Below, one piece after another: positions 8,928 to 18,072 of a DNA stretch of 40,479 nt (within the stretch, counting starts at the first letter, position 1; the number at the start of each line of letters is the position of its first letter). Both the position numbers and the translations under genes were made by a program. The stretch is from the NCBI GenBank assembly GCA_964359225.1, contig CAYHSI010000001.1, forward strand, positions 1 through 40,479, written 5' to 3'. The notes beneath the pieces were generated by a model that searched no databases, was not told where the DNA came from, and worked only from the letters and a program-made list of their open reading frames with translations. The DNA comes from an uncultured Anaerolineaceae bacterium (GTDB taxonomy: Bacteria; Chloroflexota; Anaerolineae; Anaerolineales; E44-bin32).

Positions 8928-9617
8928 ATGACCGCGATCAAGCTAGAGGCCAACCGACGGACCGTACTCGGAAAGCAGAACCGGCGACTAAGGCGGGAAG
9001 GACTCCTGCCGGCCGTTATCTATGGGTCGGAATTCGGGTCGTTTCCGATTGAGCTCGACCGGCGCACTGCGAGCCGGCTCTTGGCGCGGGTCAGCCGCTC
9101 GACCCTCATCGAACTTGAAGTGGACGAGCAACCCCATACGGTGTTGGTGCGGGAAATCCAGCGGGATCCCCTGCGCGGGAGACTGCTGCACGTCGACTTC
9201 CTGAAAGTCAGGATGGACGTCCGGATCCGGGCCGAAGTCCCGATCGAGTTGGTCGGAGAGGCTCCAGCGGCCAAGATCGCCGGCGGAGTGCTGGTGACCG
9301 GGGTGGACGCTATCGAGGTCGAGGCCCTGCCGGCCGATCTGCCGGACCGAGTCACGGTTGACCTGGAAGCGCTGGCCAATATCGATGATTCGATCACAGT
9401 GGCGGACTTGTTCATAGGTGAGAACGTCCGGATCCTGACCGATCTCAACGAATTGGTTGCCCGAATCATCTACGAAGCCGAAGAGATTATCCCTGAGGCT
9501 GTGGTGGTGACAGAAGCTGTGGAAGGCGTGGCCGAGCTGGCTGAAGGGGCTGAAGCGGCCGCGCCCGAGGAGGCGGGCAAGGAAGAAGGAGACGAAGAAG
9601 GCGACGAACGGCGCTGA
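8928..9617 (+). CDS. rplY: 50S ribosomal protein L25 / general stress protein Ctc (long form)
   Basis: The N-terminus LEANRRTVLGKQNRRLRREGLLPAVIYG is the L25/Ctc signature. At 229 aa it is the long form, with an acidic C-terminal tail. A GGAGCGGAGAG SD lies upstream. Confidence 0.92.
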   Translation: MTAIKLEANRRTVLGKQNRRLRREGLLPAVIYGSEFGSFPIELDRRTASRLLARVSRSTLIELEVDEQPHTVLVREIQRDPLRGRLLHVDFLKVRMDVRIRAEVPIELVGEAPAAKIAGGVLVTGVDAIEVEALPADLPDRVTVDLEALANIDDSITVADLFIGENVRILTDLNELVARIIYEAEEIIPEAVVVTEAVEGVAELAEGAEAAAPEEAGKEEGDEEGDERR

Positions 9618-9618
9618 G

Positions 9619-10227
9619 CTACGCCGAGCTGCTGGCGAGCAAGTCCAACAGACTCTTGGTGATACGGGCTGTCACGCCCCAAATCACTTCACCTTCGTAC
9701 GGCTTGAAGGTATACACCTGGACGCTGAGTCCGGGAACTAATGGCTGGCGCGAGTGGACCTCCAGGTTTGCGGATTCGGCCAGCCAGCGGAGCGGCACCC
9801 CAAAACACTTGGCAACTTCCTTGTGATTCGGCCGCAGTGGATACGGCCAGGGAATCACTCCGATCACCGGGGTCACCACGAATTGGGTGACGGTGATCAG
9901 TGGGTTGAGCTGGCCGAGCACCCGAACATCCGCAGCCCGCAACCCGATTTCCTCCTCTGATTCTCGCAGCGCGGCCTCCGCCGCCGAACGGTCGCCAGGT
10001 TCAATCCTGCCGCCGGGAAATGCCACCTGCCCGCGGTGCACGTCCACCGAGTCGGTTCGGCGGGTGTACAGCAGGTTCCAATCGCCCTGGTCGAGGAAGA
10101 GCGGGATGAGCACTGCGGCCGGAGCGGCCTCCCACTCGGTCTGAACGCCCCCTGGAAGTTTGGAGAGCAATCCGGCCAGCCGGGCGGCCAGGTCGTCCGG
10201 CACCCTAGCCCTGCACCGCCCGGGCAA
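9619..10227 (-). CDS. Nudix hydrolase, CoA pyrophosphatase-like
   Basis: Nudix box GGRIEPGDRSAAEAALRESEEEIGL, preceded by LLYTRRTDSVDVHRGQVAFPGG, which matches the CoA-pyrophosphatase-type upstream motif. The ATG at 10227 overlaps the trmI end by 23 nt. An alternative GTG at 10203 lies 1 nt after the trmI stop. Confidence 0.85.
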   Translation of the reverse strand: MPGRCRARVPDDLAARLAGLLSKLPGGVQTEWEAAPAAVLIPLFLDQGDWNLLYTRRTDSVDVHRGQVAFPGGRIEPGDRSAAEAALRESEEEIGLRAADVRVLGQLNPLITVTQFVVTPVIGVIPWPYPLRPNHKEVAKCFGVPLRWLAESANLEVHSRQPLVPGLSVQVYTFKPYEGEVIWGVTARITKSLLDLLASSSA

Positions 10228-10978
10228 AAACCAGGTAGCCGGTGTGACCGATCATCCGGTCTTCGGGCCGGAACCGATCGGCCACCGTCTTGTAGAATCG
10301 CAAGAGGACTTCGCAGACCTCGACCATGCCGAACGAGTGCTGATCGAGGGCCGCGAGCAGCCGGCTAACCTGATTGGTGGTTGGCAGGATGGTGCCCAGT
10401 ACCCCGCCGCTCTGCATCGCTTGCCGGACCTGAGTCAAGTAGCGCTCCGGCTCGGGCAGGTCGAGGAACACGGCCGGAACCTCCCGAGGCTCGAGGCCGA
10501 ATTCGATATCTTGCAGGTGCAGGCTGACCCGATCCAGCAGCCCAAGCCGCTCCAGGTTGCGGCGGGCGAGCCCCTGCATGTCGTCCCTCCGGTCGTAGGA
10601 ATACACGCGTCCGCTCGCGCCGACTGCCCAGGCGAGGGCGCTGGTCAAGGCTCCGGAACCGGTTCCGGCTTCGAGTACCGTTGTTCCGGGACCTACCGAC
10701 ATTTTCAACATTGTGTAGCCGATGTCCTTGGGATACATGATCTGGGAGCGTCGCTTGGTGTGGAGCAGGATGTCCAGCAACGTTGGTTGGAATAACAGGA
10801 ACTCGTTGCCGCTGTGGCTCTTCACCCGGGAACCCCAGTCTCGCTCGATCAAATCGGTGTGGCGCAGCACCCCCCAATGGGTCTGTAACTTGTTCTCCGG
10901 GTTCAGCTGGGTGAGGAATTGTTTGCGGCCTTTGCCCACCAGCATGGCCAAGTCCCCCGCCTGACTCTTGATTCCCAT
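10205..10978 (-). CDS. trmI: tRNA (adenine-N1)-methyltransferase (m1A58), GCD14/TrmI family
   Basis: The N-terminal beta domain (GDLAMLVGKGRKQFLTQL...) is followed by IMYPKDIGYTMLKMSVGPGTTVLEAGTGSGALTSALAWAVG, typical of TrmI. An AAGGAGA SD lies 6 nt upstream. Confidence 0.85.
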   Translation of the reverse strand: MGIKSQAGDLAMLVGKGRKQFLTQLNPENKLQTHWGVLRHTDLIERDWGSRVKSHSGNEFLLFQPTLLDILLHTKRRSQIMYPKDIGYTMLKMSVGPGTTVLEAGTGSGALTSALAWAVGASGRVYSYDRRDDMQGLARRNLERLGLLDRVSLHLQDIEFGLEPREVPAVFLDLPEPERYLTQVRQAMQSGGVLGTILPTTNQVSRLLAALDQHSFGMVEVCEVLLRFYKTVADRFRPEDRMIGHTGYLVFARAVQG

Positions 10979-10979
10979 C

Positions 10980-11663
10980 CTAATCTCCTTTCAGGTCCCC
11001 TGCCTCCGGGTTGGATTTAGTAGCGCCGCCCGCGACGGCCAGAGGCTTAGTCCCGATGAACTGGACCACATTCGATCGCAGCACCGGGACGTCCAGCCTG
11101 CGAAGGTCGAACCCGATCTGAACCAGGGGTTCGATCCACTCCGACGGGATTTCGCCAGACTGACCGGTGACCCTAAAGAGCCAACTCGCCAGCCGATCGA
11201 TCGGCCGCCGGCTGCGGATCTCGGCCATGGCGACGATCACCAGCCTGGCGCCGGCCCGCAGCACCCGCCAGGCCTCCTGGATCGAGGCCGGCTCGAGGAT
11301 GTATTCTGCGGGAAAGGTTGACACCAGGCAGCCAAAACTCGCGGATCGGAACGGAAGCTCCTGCGAGCGGGCCCGCACCAGGCGAGGCTGGATCCCGGCC
11401 CGCCTCAACCTGCGTTGGGCGATCCGGGACATCTGCCGGGATGCATCTGCGCCAACGGCCCGAGGTCCAAGTCCCACCAGCAGATGACCGGGCCCGTGGC
11501 CGATTTCAAGCACCGGGAAGCTGGTCACCGCCTCCCGAGCAGAAAGCACCCAGGCATTCCACTGGCCGACGGATACCAGATAGGCGATCGCATCGTAGGT
11601 CCAAGCCAGGCTGGTGTAAAAGTGGAGAAAGAACAGCCGCAGCCCGGCCCGCAGCAGCCTCAC
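10980..11663 (-). CDS. Class I SAM-dependent methyltransferase
   Basis: Motif I VLEIGHGPGHL, plus the LVSTF and post-I features of the Methyltransf_11-like fold. The ORF track extends to 11885, inside mgtE. I prefer GTG 11663-11661, which overlaps the mgtE stop as GTGA. Confidence 0.75.
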   Translation of the reverse strand: MRLLRAGLRLFFLHFYTSLAWTYDAIAYLVSVGQWNAWVLSAREAVTSFPVLEIGHGPGHLLVGLGPRAVGADASRQMSRIAQRRLRRAGIQPRLVRARSQELPFRSASFGCLVSTFPAEYILEPASIQEAWRVLRAGARLVIVAMAEIRSRRPIDRLASWLFRVTGQSGEIPSEWIEPLVQIGFDLRRLDVPVLRSNVVQFIGTKPLAVAGGATKSNPEAGDLKGD

Positions 11664-13021
11664 TGCAGGTAGGGCAGAAACAACGATCCAAGGCCTAAAA
11701 ACAGGGCAAAGCCGATGCTGTCGGTGAAGGTCGTTACGATCACTGAGGAGGCTAGCGCGGGATCCAGCTTCAAGGACCTCAGGGTGATGGGTACAAGCGC
11801 ACCGACGACTCCCGCAACCAGCATGTTGCCCACGATGGCGACTGCCAGGATCAAGCCCAACGCCTGGTTCCCCTTCCACAGCCACACCCCCAGACCCACT
11901 GCAGTCCCGACGAATACCCCGTGCAGCAATCCAGTCAAGCCTTCTTTGAGTACTGTGCGCTTGGCTTTGCGTGCCTCCATGTCACCGAGCGCGATTGCTC
12001 GCACCATTAGGGTCAAGCTCTGGGTGGCCGTATTGCCTCCCATTCCCGCCACCACAGATTGAAAAACAGCCAAAACGGCGACTTGGGACAGCAAGGTCTG
12101 GAAATTCCCGATGACCCAGGCGGCAAAGAGGGCAGTGACCGCGTTGACGTAGAGCCAAGGTAACCGCCTCCGCACCGAGGTCAGCAGCGGGCTGTCGATC
12201 GACAGGTCGGAGGAGGGGAGGTTGGCCAATCGGTAAAGGTCTTCGGTCGCTTCCTGCTGGATGACATCCAGGAGGTCATTGTGTGAGATGACCCCCCGCA
12301 TCACAGCTTGATCGTCAACGACCGGGATGGCGCCCAGGCCGTAACGCGACATCAAGCGGGCGACGACCTCCTGGTCATCATTGGTGCGGACGGATTTCAC
12401 TTCAGATTTCATGAAGCTAGCAACCGCAGCCTCCGGGCTGGCCACAAGCAGGTCTCGCACCCCAACCACCCCGACCAACCGGCCTGCCTGGTCTTGAACA
12501 TACAAGTAGTAAGGAGTGTCGGATCCGGGCTCGACCTGCCGTAGCTGGTCGATGGCGCCGGCTGCGCTGATCGTTTCCGGGAAGGCGATGAACGAAGTGG
12601 TCATCCGCCCGCCGGCGGTATTGTCGGGAAAACCGAGCAAGGGTAGTACGCCCTTAGCCGCCTCCATCTCGGCCACGACTTCAGCGGCGCGGCGTGGATC
12701 GAGGTCGCCCAGGACATCCGCAGCTTCGTCGGGCTCCATCCGGTCGAGGGCGTCCGCCAACCGATCCGTGTCGAGATTCTCGGCCAGCTCGACCGCTTGC
12801 CTGTCACCCAGTTCAGTAAGCAGACGAGCGGTGGTCCGGGGACTGAGTTCGGGAAGCAGGGCCGCCACTTCATCGTCTTCGAGGTCGGTGAATGCCTCCG
12901 CCCGATCTGCCGGGTGGAGCTCCCGCAACGCATCGACTGCGGACTGAATCTGCCCAGTCGCCAGCGCGGATCGAATCCGCTCCAAGGCGTGTTCAATCTG
13001 AGAAGGGTCCACGGGTCTCAT
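11660..13021 (-). CDS. mgtE: Magnesium transporter MgtE
   Basis: N-terminal MgtE_N domain, a tandem CBS pair (..GRLVGVVGVRDLL.. / ..VMRGVISHNDLLDV..) and a C-terminal 5-helix MgtE membrane domain (GMGGNTATQSLTLMVRA, DSIGFALFLG). Confidence 0.95.
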   Translation of the reverse strand: MRPVDPSQIEHALERIRSALATGQIQSAVDALRELHPADRAEAFTDLEDDEVAALLPELSPRTTARLLTELGDRQAVELAENLDTDRLADALDRMEPDEAADVLGDLDPRRAAEVVAEMEAAKGVLPLLGFPDNTAGGRMTTSFIAFPETISAAGAIDQLRQVEPGSDTPYYLYVQDQAGRLVGVVGVRDLLVASPEAAVASFMKSEVKSVRTNDDQEVVARLMSRYGLGAIPVVDDQAVMRGVISHNDLLDVIQQEATEDLYRLANLPSSDLSIDSPLLTSVRRRLPWLYVNAVTALFAAWVIGNFQTLLSQVAVLAVFQSVVAGMGGNTATQSLTLMVRAIALGDMEARKAKRTVLKEGLTGLLHGVFVGTAVGLGVWLWKGNQALGLILAVAIVGNMLVAGVVGALVPITLRSLKLDPALASSVIVTTFTDSIGFALFLGLGSLFLPYLQ

Positions 13022-13099
13022 GGAGTTGGGCTGGGAGGCGGTAGGGAACCGCGAGCTTCTTAGGCTTGTGGGCCGGGCAGGGGTCAGCCCGCGCCTGGC

Positions 13100-13804
13100 T
13101 TAGTTTCTCCGCCGGCCGCCGCGGACGAAGCTGGCCCAGTACAGCAATTGCAGGATGGCGGCGGCCAGGGCTGCGACGTAGGTAAAGGCCGCTGCGGTGA
13201 GCACCGACCTGACCCCTTGCTGCTCTTCGCTGCTGCGCAGGATCCCGGCCTCGGAAAGCAGGGCCCGGGCGCGGGCCGAAGCGTTGAGCTCCACGGGTAG
13301 GGTCGCTAACGAGAACACGGCACCCAAGGCGAACATTCCCACACCGACCCAGGCGAGCTGAGTGCCGAGCACGCTGCGCAGCACTAAGCCAATCAAGATC
13401 AGGAACACACCCAGTCGGGACCCGTAATTGACGATTGGGACGAGGGCGGCCCGAAACCGGAGCGGAGCATAGCCGTGCTTGTCTTGCATGGCGTGCCCGA
13501 TTTCGTGAGCGGCAATGGCCAGCGAGGCGACCGAACGGCCATTGGCAACTCCGGCCGACAGCCGAAGGGTGTGGTTGCGCGGATCATAGTGGTCGGTCAT
13601 CTGACCTGGGATGGCGTCCAAACTGACGTCACTGACGCCCCCATACTGCAGCAGTCGCTTGGCGGCTTCCGCGCCGGTCAACCCCGACCCGTTTTCGACT
13701 TTGCCCCATTTCCGATAGGTCGAGCGGACCCACCACTGTGCCAGCATCACCAGGATGAAGGCCGGGAGCATGAACAGCAGGTATTCTCCAGAGAACAACA
13801 ACAA
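13100..13804 (-). CDS. Membrane zinc metallopeptidase (YugP-like, Zn_peptidase_2 family)
   Basis: An N-terminal helix, then GLTGAEAAKRLL, HYDPRNHTLRLS and the HEIGHAMQ zinc motif. Two C-terminal helices follow. The layout is typical of the family. Confidence 0.85.
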   Translation of the reverse strand: MLLFSGEYLLFMLPAFILVMLAQWWVRSTYRKWGKVENGSGLTGAEAAKRLLQYGGVSDVSLDAIPGQMTDHYDPRNHTLRLSAGVANGRSVASLAIAAHEIGHAMQDKHGYAPLRFRAALVPIVNYGSRLGVFLILIGLVLRSVLGTQLAWVGVGMFALGAVFSLATLPVELNASARARALLSEAGILRSSEEQQGVRSVLTAAAFTYVAALAAAILQLLYWASFVRGGRRRN

Positions 13805-13825
13805 CTCGCACCTCGCTTCTGCCGA

Positions 13826-15082
13826 CTACCCGGTTTGGGCGGCCGAACCCAACAGCAGCTCGATAGCCGCGTTGAGCTGCAGGTCCGCCTGCCCGTCCTC
13901 TGCCGCGAGCACTTCCACGTCCGGAGTCAGGCCGACCTCGTGGATTTGGCGCCCGTCGGGAGTATACCAGCGAGCGATGGTCACTCGGACTGCCCCCTGA
14001 TCGTCGTTCAGTTCAATCCAATTTTGAACCGAGCCCTTGCCGAAGGAAGTTTCCCCGACCAGCAGCCCTCGATCATGATCTTGAATGGCCCCAGCGACGA
14101 TCTCGGAGGCGGAGGCCGATCCTCCATCGATGAGGACCACAAGAGCGATCTGAGTGGCCCGACCGCCGCCCTCGACTTCATAGATCGTCTCCTGACCATC
14201 GCCGAAGCGCTCGCTGAGCACGACCCCCTCCGAAAGGAATTGGGAAGCAACATTCACCGCGGTGTGCAGGAAGCCGCCCCCATTTCCGCGCAGATCCAAG
14301 ATCAGGCCAAGCGGATCCTGGCGGAGCAGGTCGGCTAGTTCGCGATCCAAGTCATCGGCCGTCTGCGCTCCGAAACTCAAGAGACGGATGTATCCGATGT
14401 CTCCCTCCAACATCTCGCTTTCGACGCTCGCCAGGTCGATCCGCTCGCGAACGATCTCCAGATCGATCGGGTCGGGCACACCTTCCCGCCGGATTGTCAG
14501 CCGGACGGCAGTCCCGGCGGGCCCCAAGACCTTGCGGATGACCAGGTTGCCGTCGAGCCCAGTAACATCCTCCCCGTCGACCCCAATCACCTGGTCGCCC
14601 GGCTGAAGCCCGCCTCGCTCGGCCGGAGAGCCGGGCATGGCGGAGATAATCGTCAGAAATTCGCCGTCCGCATCCACCCAGGCGCCAATGCCTTCGTACT
14701 CGCCGTCCAGCGGAAGGTTTGCTTGCAGGTATTCATCCGGATCCATGTAGGATGAATGCGGATCGCCCAGCGAATCGACCATGCCTCGGATGGCTCCCTG
14801 CACCAGCGAGCCATCGTCTAGGGGCTGGTCGACAAACTCGTCATGCAGGATCTCCCAGGCCTCCCAGAACGGGGCCATGAGTTCGTCGCGGGAGGCTGGA
14901 GGCTGTGGGCCCGGTTCTGGCTGGTTGATTTGCGGCGGATTGAGCTCAAGCGGTGACGATTCCGACGGGCCCGACAGCCGCGGGATCACCAGTCCGGTGG
15001 CCAGGCCAGCCGAGAAGGCAAGGCTCGCGATGCCGATCGCCGCGGAGATGGCCAGCACAATTCGCCAAACAGTAGGTTTCAT
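13826..15082 (-). CDS. S41-family carboxyl-terminal processing protease with PDZ domain
   Basis: Signal-anchor, then a PDZ segment (GSPAERGGLQPGDQVIGVDGEDVTG). The S41 catalytic region includes LRGNGGG, DGGSASASEIVAGA and GETSFGKGSVQ. Confidence 0.92.
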   Translation of the reverse strand: MKPTVWRIVLAISAAIGIASLAFSAGLATGLVIPRLSGPSESSPLELNPPQINQPEPGPQPPASRDELMAPFWEAWEILHDEFVDQPLDDGSLVQGAIRGMVDSLGDPHSSYMDPDEYLQANLPLDGEYEGIGAWVDADGEFLTIISAMPGSPAERGGLQPGDQVIGVDGEDVTGLDGNLVIRKVLGPAGTAVRLTIRREGVPDPIDLEIVRERIDLASVESEMLEGDIGYIRLLSFGAQTADDLDRELADLLRQDPLGLILDLRGNGGGFLHTAVNVASQFLSEGVVLSERFGDGQETIYEVEGGGRATQIALVVLIDGGSASASEIVAGAIQDHDRGLLVGETSFGKGSVQNWIELNDDQGAVRVTIARWYTPDGRQIHEVGLTPDVEVLAAEDGQADLQLNAAIELLLGSAAQTG

Positions 15083-15173
15083 AGGCAGGCTCCTCTCGGG
15101 TTGGAACTTATCATGGATACCTAAGAGCGGAATGAACGTCGATGCAATGCGGCAATCGGGCTAGCCGAGGGGG

Positions 15174-15980
15174 CTACAGGGTTACCTGGTGGCGTGCCGC
15201 CCACTCGCGGATCAGCCTCGGATCGGCTCCGCCAGAATCGATATAGGCGAGTACGGCCTCTCCATCCAAGCGGTAGTTTGGATAACAGGAGGTGGGCCAT
15301 GCTCCCCCAGGAGCCTCGACAACGGCGGTGACGGCGTGGCCAAATACCTGAGCCGTCTCCAAGCGGGGAACCACTTGCTCGGCTGTGATGATTACTTTGT
15401 CCGCGACATACGCAAGTTCGCGGTCGACTCCCCAGTTCTGGCCGATATCCGCATTCCCATCATGATCGGCCCGCAACGCGTGAATGACCGCCAGATCGCA
15501 ACGGATCGGCGGGAATGCGGTCAGTATTTCGCCGCTATAGGGGTCGACGACCTCTTTGACATCCGGCCGCAGCCGGAGCAGATCGGTTCCCTGCCAGGCG
15601 TGGGAGGGCAAAAAGCCGACTCCGGAGAGGGCAGCCCGCAGGCCCAACGCCAGGCTGGCCTCTGTCTCTTCAACGACTTCAAGCGTCCCTTCGCCGGCGG
15701 CCTGGGTGAACCGGGGGGCCAGGCCAAAGGCCTCCAGTCCAAAATAGCAGGTCCTGACTCGGGAGATGATGCCCGCCCCGACCAGTAGGTCGCTCTCCAA
15801 GCCGGCAGTGAAGGTGAGCAGGGTGAGGGTGGGCCGCGAGGCCGAGGAGTTGAGCGCTGCCAGGAGCGCCAGGGTGAAGGCCATCGGGCGGCGATACAGC
15901 GTGAAACCACCGAGGCCCAGGCTGGCCTCTCCAGCCGGCAGGAGCGACACCGATTCCTGCAAGCTCATCCGCTTATCCAT
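15174..15980 (-). CDS. CoA-transferase family I, subunit-A-like protein
   Basis: The N-terminus KRMSLQESVSLLPAGEASLGLGGF matches the start of glutaconate/3-oxoacid CoA-transferase A subunits, as does the overall ~270 aa size. No B-subunit gene is adjacent. Confidence 0.7.
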   Translation of the reverse strand: MDKRMSLQESVSLLPAGEASLGLGGFTLYRRPMAFTLALLAALNSSASRPTLTLLTFTAGLESDLLVGAGIISRVRTCYFGLEAFGLAPRFTQAAGEGTLEVVEETEASLALGLRAALSGVGFLPSHAWQGTDLLRLRPDVKEVVDPYSGEILTAFPPIRCDLAVIHALRADHDGNADIGQNWGVDRELAYVADKVIITAEQVVPRLETAQVFGHAVTAVVEAPGGAWPTSCYPNYRLDGEAVLAYIDSGGADPRLIREWAARHQVTL

Positions 15981-16018
15981 TGGGTTGAAGGATGGGAGCC
16001 ACCTTTCGGGCCTGAGCC

Positions 16019-16252
16019 CTAGCCCGGGTCGTCGGTTTGATCCTCGGAGAGCTGCGCAACCCTCCGGTGCAGCTCACCCAGCGCATCGTCCTCGGCTTTC
16101 CAAGGGCTTTGAGCCGTTCGAGCGGCGGTACGCATCAACTCAACCTGGCGCTGCAGGCCGCCGCGGGTCAGGCCGAGGATCAGCAGCCCGTTGATGGCAA
16201 CGACCAGGCCTAACGCAAGACAAATGACGGTCGCGGGACTCAAGTCGGCCAT
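16019..16252 (-). CDS. Small hypothetical membrane protein (77 aa)
   Basis: One clear hydrophobic helix (ATVICLALGLVVAINGLLILGL) is followed by a charged helical tail. Third-position GC looks coding. It lies 38 nt upstream of the CoA-transferase gene on the same strand. Confidence 0.5.
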   Translation of the reverse strand: MADLSPATVICLALGLVVAINGLLILGLTRGGLQRQVELMRTAARTAQSPWKAEDDALGELHRRVAQLSEDQTDDPG

Positions 16253-16352
16253 TGAGCAGGCGGAGGTTAACTCGCGGGGTCAGTGCGCAGTATATGACGG
16301 TGGCCGAGGCCGGTCAACCTGCCGCCGGCGAAGTTGCGGGTGAGCCGCGCTT

Positions 16353-16358
16353 TATAAT
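16353..16358 (+). promoter_or_regulatory. Isolated TATAAT box upstream of mutL
   Basis: A perfect TATAAT lies 13 nt before the preferred mutL ATG (16372). I found no convincing -35. Confidence 0.25.
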
Positions 16359-16371
16359 CGGCCCGAGTCAG

Positions 16372-18072
16372 ATGCCGATCCGCCAACTCTCAAAAGAAGT
16401 CTCCTCGGCGATCGCGGCGGGGGAAGTGGTCGAGCGCCCAGCCTCGGTCGTCAAGGAACTGCTGGAAAACGCCATCGATGCCGGTGCCCGCTCGATCGAG
16501 GTCGTGATCGAGGGCGGCGGCAAGCGACTGGTGATGGTTTCCGACGACGGGGAGGGGATTCAAGCCAACGAGCTTTCACTCGCGGTCGGACGGTATTCCA
16601 CTTCCAAGCTTCAGTCGGTGGAGGACCTGAGGTCGATCCGGAGCCTCGGATTTCGTGGCGAGGCGCTGGCCTCGATCGGAGCTGTCTCCCGGATGGAGAT
16701 CGTCACCCGGGCCCGTGGTGCAGCAGCCGGCTCGCGACTCGTGGTGGAAGGCGGTCGAATCGGCGAGCCTGGGCCGGTCGGCGCTTCATTGGGTACGCTG
16801 GTGCGGGTCCAAGACCTCTTCTTTAACGTTCCTGCCCGCAGAAAATTCCTGAAGTCGGAGTCAACCGAGCTCGGCTGGATCGCACGACTCGTCAGCCGCT
16901 ACGCGATGGCCAATCCGGACCGGCGGATGAGCTTCGACGGCGAGGGCCGGGAACGGCTGCGTACCGGCGGCAGCGGCGATCGGCGCGAGGCGTTGGCGGC
17001 GGTCTACGGATTGCAGGATGCCCAAGCGATGATCCCGCTCATGGAACCCGTTGTGGATGGTTCCGGGTTTGCGCTCTCCGGCTTCATCGGCCCTCCCTCG
17101 ATCCACCGATCCAATCGACGAGAGATTACGGTATTCGTGAATGGGCGCTGGATCCAGGATGTCGGACTTGGCTCGGCGGTCACCCAGGCCTATCACGGCC
17201 TGCTCATGGTCGGGAAGTATCCGGTGGCGGCGCTGTTCCTCGAGATTGCCCCGGATCAAGTGGACGTCAACGTCCATCCGGCCAAAGCTGAGGTCCGGTT
17301 CGCCAATCCGCAACTCGTGTTCTCGGGGGTGCAGCGGGCAGTTCGGGCCTCGCTGCTTGGCCAGGTCCCGGTCCATCCGCTTTCCCTCGGTCCGTCGGGC
17401 CCGACCCCCGGATGGACCGGGTCGGCTCTCCCCGCCGAGCGGGCCGCGGCCCCGGAGCGGGTGATTCAACTACCTACTGAAGCCACTGGCCGGGTTCCAA
17501 TCCTTCGATCGGTCGGACAAGTTGGGGCGACCTATCTGGTTGCCGAGGGACCGGATGGGGTCTATCTGATCGACCAGCATGCCGCCCATGAGCGGGTGTT
17601 GTACGAACGCTTAATGAAGCAAGCCGACTCCCAGTCGCCGGAATCCCAGTCGCTGCTGGAAACGATCACCGTAGAGTTTGGGCCGAATGAGATGAACCTG
17701 CTTGAGCAAAACCTGGGCGCCCTCGGTGCGCTGGGCTTTCGAGTCGAACCATTCGGCCCCCAGGCCTATCGAGTGCGGGCGGTGCCCGCCGTACTTTCCG
17801 GGATCGCACCCGATCGGGCGCTGAGGGCAGTCGTCGAGGATTTCGAGGAGGACGAAACTCCGCTTGGCGAAGAAATGGAGGCGCGGCTGGCGGCTCGGGT
17901 GTGCAAACGAGCCGCCATTAAGGCGGGTCAGATTCTGTCGTTGGAAGAACAGCGAGAACTATTGCGCGACCTGGAGCGCTGCCAGGCTCCCCGAACCTGC
18001 CCGCACGGCCGGCCGACGATGGTCCACCTTTCGGTCGCTGCGCTCGAGCGGCAGTTTGGCCGGAGGGGCTGA
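16372..18072 (+). CDS. mutL: DNA mismatch repair protein MutL (endonuclease-type)
   Basis: I chose ATG 16372 because MPIRQLSKEVSSAIAAGEVVERPASVVKELLENAIDAG is the canonical MutL N-terminus; the ORF track start 16252 adds 40 unconserved residues. The GHKL ATPase motifs are present. The C-terminal endonuclease motif DQHAAHERVLYE and CPHGRPT are also present. Confidence 0.95.
   Translation: MPIRQLSKEVSSAIAAGEVVERPASVVKELLENAIDAGARSIEVVIEGGGKRLVMVSDDGEGIQANELSLAVGRYSTSKLQSVEDLRSIRSLGFRGEALASIGAVSRMEIVTRARGAAAGSRLVVEGGRIGEPGPVGASLGTLVRVQDLFFNVPARRKFLKSESTELGWIARLVSRYAMANPDRRMSFDGEGRERLRTGGSGDRREALAAVYGLQDAQAMIPLMEPVVDGSGFALSGFIGPPSIHRSNRREITVFVNGRWIQDVGLGSAVTQAYHGLLMVGKYPVAALFLEIAPDQVDVNVHPAKAEVRFANPQLVFSGVQRAVRASLLGQVPVHPLSLGPSGPTPGWTGSALPAERAAAPERVIQLPTEATGRVPILRSVGQVGATYLVAEGPDGVYLIDQHAAHERVLYERLMKQADSQSPESQSLLETITVEFGPNEMNLLEQNLGALGALGFRVEPFGPQAYRVRAVPAVLSGIAPDRALRAVVEDFEEDETPLGEEMEARLAARVCKRAAIKAGQILSLEEQRELLRDLERCQAPRTCPHGRPTMVHLSVAALERQFGRRG

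Noticed and set aside
11664-11885. 5' extension of the methyltransferase ORF into mgtE
   Set aside because: It overlaps 222 nt of the conserved MgtE membrane domain. A GTG overlapping the mgtE stop gives a normal-length enzyme.
13022-13099. Possible Mg2+ riboswitch (M-box) upstream of mgtE
   Set aside because: Only 78 nt separate mgtE from the preceding gene. That is far too short for an M-box aptamer plus expression platform, and no extended structure is evident.
13475-14338. 287-aa plus-strand ORF across the Zn-peptidase/Ctp junction
   Set aside because: It is antisense to two genes with clear catalytic motifs (HEIGHAMQ; GGSASASEIVAGA). It would need to span their intergenic gap, and no motif is recognisable.
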